A stretch of DNA of 64,000 nt from Chiloscyllium plagiosum (lineage: Eukaryota), in contig NC_057759.1 in assembly GCF_004010195.1 (NCBI RefSeq), forward strand, positions 7,779,910-7,843,909. The letters are read 5' to 3'. Of this stretch, positions 1-12,645 are shown one piece after another. The position numbers and the translations under genes are program-made. Every line of letters starts with the position of its first letter. Within the stretch, counting starts at the first letter, position 1. The notes beneath the pieces were generated by a model. The model did no database searches. It had not been told where the DNA came from and was given only the letters and a program-made list of their open reading frames with translations.

Positions 1-159
1 TTGATATTCAGAGAGGTCATGACAAAGCAAACATCGCATGAGAATCAGGAACTGCACTATATATGAATAACATTCTTCAACAGGACACATTTTGAATGCT
101 TGCTCCCAAAACGCTGTGGATCATGAATTGCAGTCCTCAACAATGATTTTTTTTTAATC

Positions 160-432
160 TGCTTTTTCTCCTTCTCCTACTCCCCCTACTCCTCCTTATT
201 CTCTTACCCCTTCCCTTTTTCCTCTTTCTCCTCGTCCTTCCCCTTCGCCTCCTCCCCCTTCTTTGTCTCCTTTTCCATCTTGTTCTTCTTCTTCGGATTC
301 TACTTCTCCTTGTCTATCTTCTCCTTTTCCTTCTCCTTCTTCTCCCCCTCGTTCTCGTTTTGCTTCTGCTCCCCCTTCTGCTTGTCCCCTCCCTCTCCTG
401 CTCCTTCGTCTCTTTCTTCTTGCTCTTCTTCT
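160..432. repeat. CT-rich low-complexity tract
   Basis: Almost pure C/T sequence; explains the spurious ORFs 196-477 and 263-514. Confidence 0.9.
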
Positions 433-469
433 TATTGGTATTGGCCGAAATGGTAAGTTAGCTAGTATT

Positions 470-3400
470 TTTAGCACCTTATATTTCCCAAGTCACTTAG
501 GGGATTTGGAATAGTGGGAATGGCATGCAGGGCAGTTGAATGCTCCTCCTGCAGAATGTAAGAGGTAAGGGTCACCGCTCGTGTTCCTGATGACTTCATC
601 TGCTGGAAATGCATCCAACTCCAGCTCTTGGAAAACTCCATTCGGGAAGTGGAGCTGGAGCTGGATGAACTTCGGATATTTTGGGATACGGAGGGAGTTA
701 TTGAGAGTAGTTAAAGGGAGGTAGTCACACCTCAGGTGCAAGCAAGGGGCAAGTGGGTTGCTGTCAGGGGATGGGAAGAGAACCAGCAGACAATGCAGGG
801 AACCTCTGTGCAGTTCGCCTCAATACAAAGTATAATGTATTGTGTAGTGTTAGACGACCACTTGCCAGCGGTGAGCCATGGAGTAGAGCTCTCTGGCACA
901 AAGTCTGTCCCTGTTGCTCAGATGGGAAGGGGGAGCTGAGCACAGCATTCGTCATTGGGGACTCTATACTTAGGGGGACAGATTGGTGTTTCCGTGGGAA
1001 CTAGAGAGACTCACGATTGGTGTGTTGCCTTCAAGTTTCCGATCATGTTTTCGGGATTCTTGAGGGGGAGGGGGAGTAGCACCAAGTCGTGATCCACATA
1101 GGGACTAATGACATAGGTAGAAAAAGGAGTGGGGATTTAAGGCAGAAATTCAGGGAACTGTGGGGGATCTTATTGCCAGAACAAAAAGAATTGTTGTCCC
1201 TGTTTCTTTTTCCCCGTGCCACGTGCTACCGAGGCGAGGAATAGGGAGAGAGACAAGTTGAACACATGCCGACATGGATGGTGCAGGAGAGAAGATTTTG
1301 GACACAGGATAATTGGGGCTCAGGCTGAGGTCGGTGGATTCTCTTCAAACAGAATGGTATACACCTGAACCATAGGCGTACCAAGTTTTGTTTGGGGGTG
1401 TGCGGTGGAGAAATTTGCCAAAGCTCCTCAGGATAGTTTAAACTAATTCAACAGATGTATGGGAACCTAAATTGTAGTTACAGTATCCAGAGTAGTCAGG
1501 CCAAAAATTCCATTTGAAGTTCGCAAGAGTTCAGCAGCTAGTAGGAAGGTGGTTTGAAGAGTGTCAACATCAACGATAGGAGCATCCAGAATAAGATGGC
1601 GTCTGGGACTTCGATGTTGTCGTCACTTCGGAGAAAGTGATACAGCAGGGACAGGAATAGTTGTGACAGGTTCCAGGTTTTAGATGTTTCAGCTAGAACA
1701 GAGCAGATGGTAAAAGAGCAGGAATTGTGGCATTGTTAGTCAAGGACAGTATTATGATGGCAGAAAGGACGTTTGAGAACTCGTCTACTGAGATAGTGTG
1801 GGCTGAGGTTAGAAACATGAAAGGAAGGGTCACCCGTTTGGGAGATGTCTATATGTCTCCAAATAGTACCAGAAATGTAAAGGAACCGATAGTAATGATA
1901 ATTCTGGACAGAACCGTGACTAACAAGGTAATTGTTATGGGGTACTTTGTCTTTACAATTATTGACTGGAAATGTGAGTTAGAGTGCTCTAAATTGGTCA
2001 TTTCTTTTTAACAACGTGTGTGGGATGGTTTTCTGACACATTGTGGAGACAAGCCAACAAGGGACGAGGTGAAATTGGATTTGGTATTGGGTAATGAAAC
2101 TGGCCACGTGTTAGATCTGGAACCAGGTGAGCACTCTGGTAATAGTGATCACAATTCGGATGTGTTTAATAAAGGAAACGCACAGTAATATAATGCAGGA
2201 GGGAAGGCAATTATGATGCTATTAGGCATAAATGATGGGAAAAGAATCTGCAGGGGATGGACACAATTGACATATCGAGCTTATCAAAGGAATAGCAACT
2301 GCATATCCTTGTTAATTATGTACCTGTCCGGCAGAGAGGATGTGTTCGAGAGCAGGAGCCATGGTATACTAAAGAAGTTGAATGTCTTGTCAAGAGAAAA
2401 ACGAAATCTTAAGTTAGCATGAGACGTGAAGGCTCAGTTGGGGCGTTTGAGTCTTACTAGTTAGCGAAGAAAGATTGGAAGAGAGAGCGAAGAGACAGGA
2501 GGGGACATTTTGAGTGGGAGCAGCGGCCGAGTTGAGGTGAACCCGGGAGACTACAGCTAAGGGCGCAACATCGAGGGCCCAAGGGCCTGTACTGCGCTGT
2601 ATTCTTCTATGTTCTATGTTCTATGTTCTATGGGACATGAGCAGTCGTTGGTAGATAGAGTTAAAGATAACTAAAACTTTTTGGGGGTATAACAGGAAGA
2701 AAAGAATGACGAGAGAATGACTGGGGCTAATCCAGGATAGTAGTACGAAATTGTGTGTGCAATCCCAGGATTTAGGGGAACCACTATGTGAGCATTTTTC
2801 GTTAGTGTTCACACTCAAAAAAGACTCCGTTGTTGAGGAGAATACTGAGATATAGGCGACCAAACTGGACGCGATTAAGCTTCACAAGAACGAGATGTCA
2901 GCAATTCTTGAGAGTGTGAAAATAGATAAATCCCCTTAACCAGATGGGAGTTATTCTCGGATTCTCCGGGAAGCCGGGGAAGATTGCAGGGCCTTTGGTT
3001 TTGATCTTTATGTCGTCATTGTCGAAAAGAATAGTGCCAGAAGACTGGAGGATAGTAATTGTTGTCTTGAACAACAAGAGAAGTAGAGACAATCCTCGTA
3101 ATTATTGAGCAGTGAGCCTTAATTCAGTTGTGTGTTAACGCTATAACAGGTAGGATTTATAATCATCTAATGCAGAGTAAGTTTATTAGGGATCGTCAAC
3201 ACAGTTTTGTGAAGGGTAGATTGTACTTCACAAACCTTATTGAGTACATTGAGATGGTGGATGAGAGTACACCGGTTGATGTGGTGTATATGAATTTCAG
3301 TAAAGCATTTGCTAAGTTTACCCACGGTAGGCAATTGCACAAAATACGGAGGATAGTGATTGAGGGTGATTTTGCGGTTTGGATCAGAAATTGGCCAGCT

Positions 3401-4430
3401 GACAGAAGACAGAGTGTGGTGGTTGGTGAGAAATGTTCATTCTGGAGTTCAGTTAGAGTGGTGTACTGCAAGGATCTGTTTTGGGGCCACTGCTGTTTGT
3501 CAGGTTCGTAAATGACCAAGATGATGGCATAGGAAGAAGTGCTAGTAATTTTGCGAACGTCGGTGGAGTTGTGGACAGTGACAAAGGATGTTGAAGGTTG
3601 CAGAGGGAGATAGATAAGCTGCAGAGATGGGCTGAGAGGGGGAAATGGAATATAATGTGGAAAAGTGTGAGGTGATTCACATTGGCAGGAGCAACAGGAG
3701 TAAAGTAAACGGGGCTCATGTTAATTTTCTTGGCAGATGGGCAGAGAAATTTCGGTTCCCACATGCATAGATCCCTGAAAGTTGTCATCCAGGTTGATAG
3801 CATTGTTAAGAAGACATACGTTGTGTTAGCTATTATTAGTGGATGGATTAGGTTTCGGAACCAACGAGGTCATGCTGCAACTGCACAAATCTCTGATGCA
3901 GCCAAACTTGAGGTATTGCGGGCAGTCATGGTCATTGCATTATGGGAACAATGTGGAAGCTTTGGAAAGGATTCAGAGGACATTTACTGGGATGTTGCCA
4001 GGTATGGAGGGACGGTCTTATGAGGAAACACTGAGGGATTTGAGGCTGTTTTCATTAGAGAGAAAAATATTGAGTGTTGACTAAATTGAGACAGAGAAGA
4101 TAATCAGAGGGTTAGATAGGGTGGACGGTGAAAGCCTTTTTTGTCGGGTGGATATGGCTAGCAAGAAGGGACATGGCTTTTAATTGAGGGGTGATAGATA
4201 TAGGACACGTACCAGAGGTTTTTATTTTTACTCAAAGAGAGTAGGGGGATGGAACACACTGCAACAATAGTAGATTTACCAACGTTAAGGGCATTTAAAT
4301 GGTCAGTGGACAAACATTTGGATGAAAATGGAATAAATTAGGATACATTGGCTTCATATTGGTTTCACAAGTATGCGCAACATCGAAAGCCGAAGGGCCT
4401 TTTCTCGCTGTAATGTTCTGTGTTATTCTT
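470..4430 (+). mobile_element. Near full-length degenerate CR1 LINE (ORF1 zinc finger + SGNH esterase; ORF2 endonuclease + RT)
   Basis: ORF1 from ATG 520 (MACRAVECSSCRM...CWKCIQLQLL; FVIGDSILRGTD). Endonuclease (ALLVKDSI...IVWAEVRN). RT (QHSFVKGR...VDVVYMNFSKAF; LERIQRTFTGMLPGM). CR1 3' tail at ~4370-4430. Many stops and frameshifts. Confidence 0.92.
2509..2631 (+). mobile_element. Short CR1-tailed insertion inside CR1 ORF2 with 7-bp TSD
   Basis: gggacat at 2502-2508 and 2632-2638; ends in CR1 tail gggcctgtactgcgctgta followed by ttctatg repeats. Confidence 0.85.
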
Positions 4431-5378
4431 GTTCTTCATTATAATAATGTGATTGTTGTGGATGAAGAAGTAATATGGTACGTGACAGTCAAGCACGTGA
4501 TTTCAAATCTTCCATGATGACTATTTTCTATCTCTTACCACAGATGATATTATTGATGGAATTTTTGCCTGTCGTCAAGTTAGAACGACAGACTGTTCAA
4601 TTTCTGCCCTGAAATGGTTATCCTAATGCAACAAGATATAAAACACAAAACAGGAATTCTTTATTTTCCTTTTCTGTATAAAATGTTGGTCTTTCACTCG
4701 ACGGAATTTTTTTTGTTTTTAGTAAGTTTTCCTTTTACCAGAACATAATGAGAATTAAACTATATGAAGACTAACTTCCAAAGTCATAGGGAAACTTTCA
4801 CCACACCCAACTTTGCAGTTTAATGTAAACGAAATGCTGTATCTGTGCCATACGGAATATCAGTGTGATTCAACGTGCTAATGCGATCCACTAAATAATG
4901 GATTGCGTTTTGCTGGGTCAGCAATTGCTTTACATTTAATTTTGAAAAAAGGAACAAAACAAACTGATTGTTGGTGCAAGTAAATGCATATGGCCAAGAA
5001 TTTCTATTTGCACTGCTTATGACGAATATAAAAATCGCAAAGGAGTACGAAAATTAATCATCCACGAGAAGCACCTGATGAATATGTATCGATTCTTGAG
5101 TGATGATCAACTTGAGCACAAGTTTGACATATCTGAATTCCTGATTATGGACTGATGCCGAAATGTCGATGGTCCGCCTCCTCGGATACTGCCTGACCTC
5201 CTGTGCTTTTCCAGCCCCACACTCTAGACTTATGCGTCAAATATCAACATGTTATGTGCAGGTGTGAAACATTACATTCCTAGGCAGCGGTGACACATAG
5301 ATGGTGCTCTCCTTAAAGTGTGTTTTCTTTTATTAATGCATATGATTTAGGTGTCCCGAGCACAGCCAGCATTTCTGT

Positions 5379-5493
5379 CTAATAGAACAGAGCGAAAAGT
5401 ACAATAACACGGCTGCAGTTTCTATTACTGGTCTGAACGCAGTTAAGAGTAAACTGCAGCCGTGTTATTGTACTTTTCGCTCTGTTCTATTAG
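5379..5493. repeat. Perfect 43-bp inverted repeat with 29-bp spacer
   Basis: 5379-5421 is the exact reverse complement of 5451-5493. Confidence 0.95.
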
Positions 5494-6029
5494 CCTGTGC
5501 ACGTTGTATCATATGATACCTGCATACAGCACGAAAACAGATGTACATGCGACATTAAGAAAACAAATCAAAATATTACTGTATTTCGATATTTGCTGAG
5601 AATTATGGGATTTTAAAGATTTATTTGTTGCAGTCAACTAGTATTCTGACAGTGATATGTATTCCAGGCCACATAATTTACTCCTGAAGAAAATTAGTTT
5701 TAAATTCAAATCAAATAACTCATGGGAGGACTGCAACTCAGATAATTTGTGGATCTATGGTTTCTCTTGTGCAACTATAAAATATCGAGCCCATTGTCAC
5801 AGCGATTGGTCATTGAATAAAATGTGTTTAAAAGTCCGGAGATCCCAACAATTTAGGTGCTATTTATGTGGTGAGAATAAGAGTGAAAATTTCAATTTAA
5901 AGACCTTTCTCAGTTAGCAATATCAGCATCAGTGTGGTTGACAAGCTGATAAAATGGCTCTGCATTTTCTTGTTAAGAAATAGATCTCCAAATGTCCATA
6001 ATCCTCAGCAAATATCGAATTATAAGATT

Positions 6030-9000
6030 GATTTTATTTGATTTATTATTCTCACACGAATCCAGATACATTGAAAACATTTGTTTTCGTGCTGTATGTG
6101 TGTACCATATGATACAACATGCATAAGCTAGTAGAATACAGCGAGAAATATAACAGCACGGCTGCAGAGAACATGCACAGAGAGCGACATGAACTTTGAA
6201 TTTAGAATTTGGGAGATCCATTCAGAAGTCTAATAATCGGGGGGAAAGCTGCCCTCAATCTATTCATATGCAGATACGAACTTCTCTATTCGGTGCTTGA
6301 CAGGAGAGTGTGGACAACAGTTTAACCAGAGTGGAAGGGATAGTTAATTATGTCGGTCGCTGTCCCGAGTTAGGAAAAAATTAGATTCAATCAATGGATG
6401 GAGTTCTGCTCTGCTTTACGGACTGGTTTGAGTTGTCGGCTCTCTTTAGTTTCTTGGTGTCTTTGTAAGAGCAGTTGCCAAACGACACTGTGAAGCATCC
6501 ACACAGAATGTTTTCAATCGTGCATCTACAAAATTTTGGAAGAGTCATTGTGGAAATGTCAAAATTGTTTAGCCTCCAGTAGGGATATTTCCCTCTCTTG
6601 ACCATGGCGTCTACATAGGAGGGCCAGGACGAATTGTTGGTGAACATCACTCACAGGAACTGCCAGAGCCCTTGAACGTCTCCAACTCAGCACTACATAT
6701 GTAGACAGGGGTGTGTCCTCCACGTCGCTTCCTGAAGTCAATAACTCGCATTTTCATCTTGCTGATGTTGATGGACAGATTGTTGTCTTTGCACCATGCT
6801 GCAAATCACTCTATTTCTTTCTTGTATTGTATCGCATCATTACTTGATATCCGCCTTATAAGAGCGATGGCGTCACCGGATTTTAAAATTGTGTTGTGAC
6901 AGAATTTTGCCATGAAGTCGAGAGTGTGTTAGATGCAGAGCAGGGGCTGAATGAGCAGGCTTGCGGGACCATGGTGTTTCGGACAATAACGAACGATGTT
7001 TTAACACCGATTCTTAATGATTGTTGTCTGTGGGTCAGAAAGTCTTGATCCAGTTACAGAGCAGGAACCAGGGCCTAAATCTCGGAGTTTCGAGACAATT
7101 TTCGTTGGATGTTGAAGGTGGAACTGTAGTCAATAAGCAGGAGCCTGATGTACGTGTCCTTGTTATTCAGATAGTTGAAGGATGAATGTAGGGCCATTGA
7201 GACGATATCTACTTTGGGTCCATTGCACGAGTAGACAAAAGTGCGAAGAATAAATGAAATTTTGTCGGCTGGCTTTGATGTGAGCTATGACTAACGTCTC
7301 AAAACCCCTCATAATTATGGAGTTCAGAACCACCTGGCAGTGGCCATTGAGGCATGCGGCATGATTTTCATTTGGCACTGGAGTTACGGTGGTCTTATTG
7401 AAGCAGGTGGGGACGGCAGATCATAGTAAGAAGGAGTTAAAAAATCCTGTGAATACTCCCGGCATCTTGCTGCGCGGGATGTGACGCCACTGGTGGGGAC
7501 ACCATCCAGGACGATTGTGTTCCACGATAATTACTTGCACAAAGGCCGATCTAACGTTTGCAGTGGTGATTTTGGATGCAAGTCCATCCGACTCTGTTTC
7601 ATTGACCTCCTGCTCAATGCGAGTGGAGAATGCACTGGACACATCCGGTAGGGATGTACTTTTGCCAAGATTCTGTTCGAATTCATTTTGTGCCTTCTAT
7701 GTCATGCAATCTTTGCCAAACATCGGGTTACATGTAATTCGCCTGGATCTCAAGCTTAATTTAGTATTGACTCGTGGCATCGCTGATGGTGTTTCAAAGT
7801 ACTTACCTGAACCTTCTGCATAGGTCAAGTTTGCCTGACATCCGCCACAGACCTGAAGTTCAGTAGGCATTGGATCTGCTGATTCATGCATCGTTTGCAG
7901 TTCGGCAACATTTGAGCTACCTTCTTCAACAGATAATCTCCCATACACTTACAAATTAAATTTAACGATCATGTTAAAAATCACACAATACCAGGTCTCT
8001 CCGATTTATTTTGAAACAGTAGCTTTCGAAGCGCTGCTTCTTCATTAGGCAGCTTTGGGGCAGAATCAGAAAACATAGAATTTATAGCAACAGGATTACA
8101 TTGTTAATGTAACAGGAATGTAACATTAAACAACTTTAGCTTCCGTCTTTCATCTTTTAGAATGCCCATGTTAATTTCGGTCCCTTCACATGTAAATCTC
8201 AGCATTTTTTAAAAAATTGCTTTCTCAAGATAGCTTCTAACAATAGGTGGCATTTCAGTAAGGTGGCATTGAAGGTGTGAAGTTAAAGTGTGTGTCCCTA
8301 TGTTAGGTGAGAGTGATTCCATTTCGAAAGTGGGAGCTACAGAATCTTACATGGATTTGTGCAGTTTTTGAGCGAAATAAAATGTAATTCTTGAATTATA
8401 AATTCACCCCACAAACGTGTATGTGTGTGAGAGAGAGAGAGAAAGAGGGAGAGAGAGGCAGAGAGAGAGAGAGAGAGGAGAGTGTATAGTGCAGTGGGGT
8501 CACCTGTGGTGTAGCATGAACCTAAGGTCCCGGTTGAGGCCAACCCCATGGGAACCGAACATGCCTATTAGCATCTGCGCTGCCACTTTGCGTTGTTGCC
8601 TGTCCCGAATTCCACCTTGGAGAATGGCCACCCGAAGGTCCGAGGCTGAACGTCCCAGACCACTTAGGTGTTCCCTGACTGGGAGGGAACACACCTGACT
8701 GGTGAGGTTGTGTAGTGTCCATTCGTCCATTGCTGCTGCCTATGCTCGGCCTCGCCAATGCACCATGCCTCAGGGCAGCATTGCCTAACACATATGAGAT
8801 AGACAAGCTTGGCCACGTCACATGAGTATCTGTGGCATACGTAGTTGGTGGTGTCCCCACGTGTAATCGTGGTATGGTGTATACCACCATTGCACGACGG
8901 GATACATGCACCATGTACGTCGCAGGTACTCATGTGACCTCTCCAATGTTGTCGATCTCAAACGCTTCAGGTGAGGATGCCCTGAGGTGTGGTATATTGG

Positions 9001-9524
9001 TGACACCGAGCAGAGGCTACGGAAATAGAAGAATGGACCCCGCACAACAATCACAAACCAGGCGTGTTTCCTCCCTTTCAGGGAACACGTCTGCATCCCG
9101 GGACATTCAGCCTCGGACCTTCGGGTGATCATCCTCCAAGGCGGATTTTGGAACAGACAGCAATGCAAAGTGGCTGAGCAGATGCTGATAGCCAGGTTCG
9201 GTACACGTGGGAATGGTCTCAACCAGAACCGTGGGTTCCTGCCGCTCTATAGGTAACCCCACTACATTTTCCACTCTCTCACACACACATGCACACCAGC
9301 AAGCACACACACATACACACACACCAGACGCACACACTCATGTAGACCCTCTCTCATGCACAAGCTATTTCTCAAAATCTCACACATACGCAATCCACAT
9401 TCACATCTACACACGCACCCTCTCACAGAAATATACCGCATTACACTCACAGACAGACACACACTCTCTCACAGATACTCACACCCCCACATGCACCCAA
9501 GTACATACACTCAGTCGGTCTCCC

Positions 9525-9563
<39 letters not shown>

Positions 9564-10725
9564 AACGTTTTTGGGGTGAATTTGTACTTGCAGAATCGCA
9601 TTTTGCTTTGTTCGAAAACAGCATAAATCCATACAAGATTTTGTAAATCTCACTTTCGAAATAGAATCAGTCTGATCTAAGATTGGGACACAAACAGACT
9701 TTAACTTCACACCTTCAGTGCATTCTCCTAGCTGAGATGACACCTATTGTTAAAAATATCTTGAGAATATAACTACTAAAATGTTCTGAGATTTACATGT
9801 GAAGGAATCAAACGAACTTGGTCATTCTTAAAGATGAAAGACATAAGCTAAATGCTTTGCACTATTACATTCTATGACATTGCAATCCTGTTGTTATAAA
9901 GTCTTTGTCTTATGATTCTGCTCCATAACCACCTGATGGAGAAGCAGCGTCTCGGAAGCTCATGATTCCAAATAAACTTGTTGGAATTTAACCTGGTGTT
10001 GTGTGTGTTTTTTTTTTATTTTGTCCAGCCCAATCCAATACCAGCTCCTCCAAATCTAAACGGTAGTGTCACGTTTCTTTTAAGTGGAACGCAGAGATCT
10101 TGAATATGGCCAAGTGCACTGTCTCTAAGCGGTCCGGCAAACGCCGTTCTGTTGCCTCAAACGAAGACTGCACGACTTCCTCAACTGGGTTGTCACTCTT
10201 CAGTGCCTGCGTGTATGCTGCGAAGAGGAACACAGCGTTGTGATCTCATTTTCCAAAGTGGGGGCAGGGTATGGAATGGTGGACGTCTTTGATGGTTGTG
10301 TAGCAATGGTCAACATATTTGGATCTTTAGGCGGATGGGAGACTTGTTGATGTTAATTTGTAAGGATCCTTATGTGGTTGGGCTGATTGCACTAACCAGC
10401 TGTGATGAACAAGGCCTCGGGGTATTCTGCCTTAAACCTGTTTGTCGTGTTGTCAACATTGGCAAGTGCAATTTTCACTTCAAGATAGGGTAGGATGTAA
10501 ACTTCTGTCAGGCTAGCAGAGGTGAAGCCGTGCAGTAAGTAGGAGAGATGACACTTGACTGTAAGATGTTCTACGCCGGGGGAGCAGTAACTCCTCCGGG
10601 TCATCACGTCTGAACTCAAGGAGGTATTGATTGGAAGCAAAATCCACCGGCCCTTCCATCGCCCAAGGAAGGTAATCCATTCATTTCGTGAACTGAGAAA
10701 TCCTCAGTTTGTGAAGCATTGCTGG
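6030..10725 (-). mobile_element. Rex1/Babar-type LINE (degenerate), split by a Penelope insertion at 7975-10055; may extend 5' to ~11740 beyond the SINE
   Basis: Minus strand gives VDAMVKR...KFCRCTIENILCGCFTVSFGNC (Rex1 C-terminus) at 6387-6650, RT-upstream sequence at 7160-7950, and endonuclease-like GGFCF...CSPGVEHLTVKC...VYILP at 10392-10680. Confidence 0.8.
7975..10055. mobile_element. Penelope-like element, inverted duplication of the GIY-YIG region and terminus
   Basis: Minus arm reads YSCDVAKLVYLIC...CPEAWCIGEAE; plus arm reads YSCDLSNVV...CPEVWYIGDTEQ. Arms mirror around ~8878, each with a GA/CA microsatellite and a hammerhead-like motif near its outer end. Confidence 0.88.
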
Positions 10726-10727
10726 GC

Positions 10728-11075
10728 TGCACGATGGCACACTGGTTAGCACTGCTGCCTCCCAACGTCAGACACCCAGGTTTGATTCCATCCGTGGGTG
10801 GCTGTCTATTGGAGTTTATACATTCACCTCCATCTGCATGGTTTTCCTTTGGGTGCTCCAGTTTCATCCTACAGTTCAAAAATGCTAGGTGAATTGGCCT
10901 TGCTAAATATCCCATAGTCTTCAGGGATGTGTAAACTGAGGGCATTAGATGGGAGAAATGTAAGGGAATGTGTCTGGGTGGGGTACACTTTAAATGGTTG
11001 GTGTGGACTTGTTGGGCTTAATGTCTTATTTCCACACTGTACAGTTTCTATGACTCTGTACGGACTCTATGATTG
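10728..11075 (+). mobile_element. HE1-type tRNA-derived SINE
   Basis: gcacgatggcacactggttagcactgctgcctc head, B-box-like ggtttgattcc, CR1-like tail ending tctatgactct. Confidence 0.88.
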
Positions 11076-12039
11076 ACTGTCAGACGTAGCAGGTATGAAC
11101 CATCTATCTGTAAACAGAGCATGTAAACAAAGCACACAGCAGTCTCCCAATTCCCTTTGGAAGGTAAGTCTATTCTTCAGATCGTTTTAGTCAATAGCTT
11201 AGTTGTTTGCAAGAAGCATGCTGGGGTGCTCGATGGGACAGGAAACCACGTCAGTTCAGTCTGACCTGAAGTCCAGCCCGTCTCCCACATTTCCCGGATA
11301 GCTGGCTGGTTTTGGTTGACCCCAGGCATCGTGAGGTATGGACGTGGTCGTGGTTTGGTCCTGTGTGCCAGCCACAACCTTGACTGTTGTGAGGGTCTTC
11401 TATCCTGTTTCGTAGGGACCTCCACTATGTGGGGTCATCATATTCCTTGTTTAAGCGGTCGTGGGGCTTCGGTTCTGGGTTTTCTCGAGACTGACACATG
11501 AGAGGCAGGAAGGCGATCGGGCTTGTGGTTCTAATGTCCGTCGGGTAGGTAGGTGCATTCACTGGGGTCCTCGACAGCAGTCCATTCATGAGCATTCAGA
11601 GTGTCCTGCAGTTCGTCTGGTCGGGCCTCCTCGATGTCGAGGCACCGTAGTGTCATGTCTTGCTTTTGTGCTGGTCGGCCTCGGTTTCAAGTTTCCAAGA
11701 CGAGATCGAAACTGAGGGATTGCGGTCGGCCCTTAGTTTCTCTGGGCTTGCTGATGTAGCATCGGTAATCGAAACTCGTTGACAGTAGAGTCTTTACATC
11801 TGAATGTAGACTAAATGTATACGTTATGCACGTAGATTTAAGGAGAAGAGAACACTTCGCATGTACATGTACTAATTCTTGAAGTAATTAGGATGGTCGA
11901 AGGGCAGTTAACGAACCATACAACTTTCAACTTCCTTTATAGCTGCATAAGATACAAAGACATTTCTATGCTGAGGAAAACATTGCGAAGGCATTTCAAT
12001 GACCCCTACCTGCATGGTCTACTGAAATTATCCTTTAGA

Positions 12040-12645
12040 AAACAGTGAGAGCTGCAGGAGTCAGAAACGAGACGTGTGGCGTTTGGACAGCACAGCAGGT
12101 CAGTCAGCATCCGAGGAGCAGGAGAGTCGACATTCTGGGAAAAATCCCTTCATCAGGAATGTCGAGGGGGCTGGGAGATAATTGGTAGGGTAGGGATGGG
12201 TTTGGATGAAGGTAGCTGGGAAGGAGATAAGTGGTGGCAGGTAGGGAGTAATAACGTTAGGCTGGCGGGGATGGAGGAGATAGGTGGGAAGGAAGATGGA
12301 CAGGTAGGATAGGTCCAGAAAGTGATACCGATTTGGAGGGTTCTCCTCATGCGAGATCCAGCCCTCCAATTCAGCACTGCCCTCTTTAACTGCCCTGCCT
12401 ATCCATCTTCCTTCCCACCTATCCACTCCAGGCTTTCCACCGACTGTTTCACACACCCCCCCCCCCCCAGTTGTATCCATCTATCGCCTTCTGTGCTACA
12501 TTCCCCCCTTCCCAACCCCATTTCTCTCTTAGCCCCTTTTATCCTCACATTTCTGATAAAGTGCTTATGCACGAAATGTCGATTCTGCTGCGCCTCGGAT
12601 GCTGCATAACCGACTGCGCCTTTCCCACGTCACAAATTTTGACAG
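12040..12645. mobile_element. Penelope-derived inverted terminal element
   Basis: Minus-strand terminus 12040-12320 is mirrored by a plus-strand terminus 12350-12645; hammerhead-like motifs at ~12125-12160 (-) and ~12550-12585 (+). Confidence 0.8.

Noticed and set aside
196..514. Charged or Ser/Pro-rich ORFs
   Set aside because: Translations of a CT low-complexity tract.
4544..4625. Acceptor-like cttaccacag followed by a short open frame
   Set aside because: No donor or recognisable homology; indistinguishable from chance.
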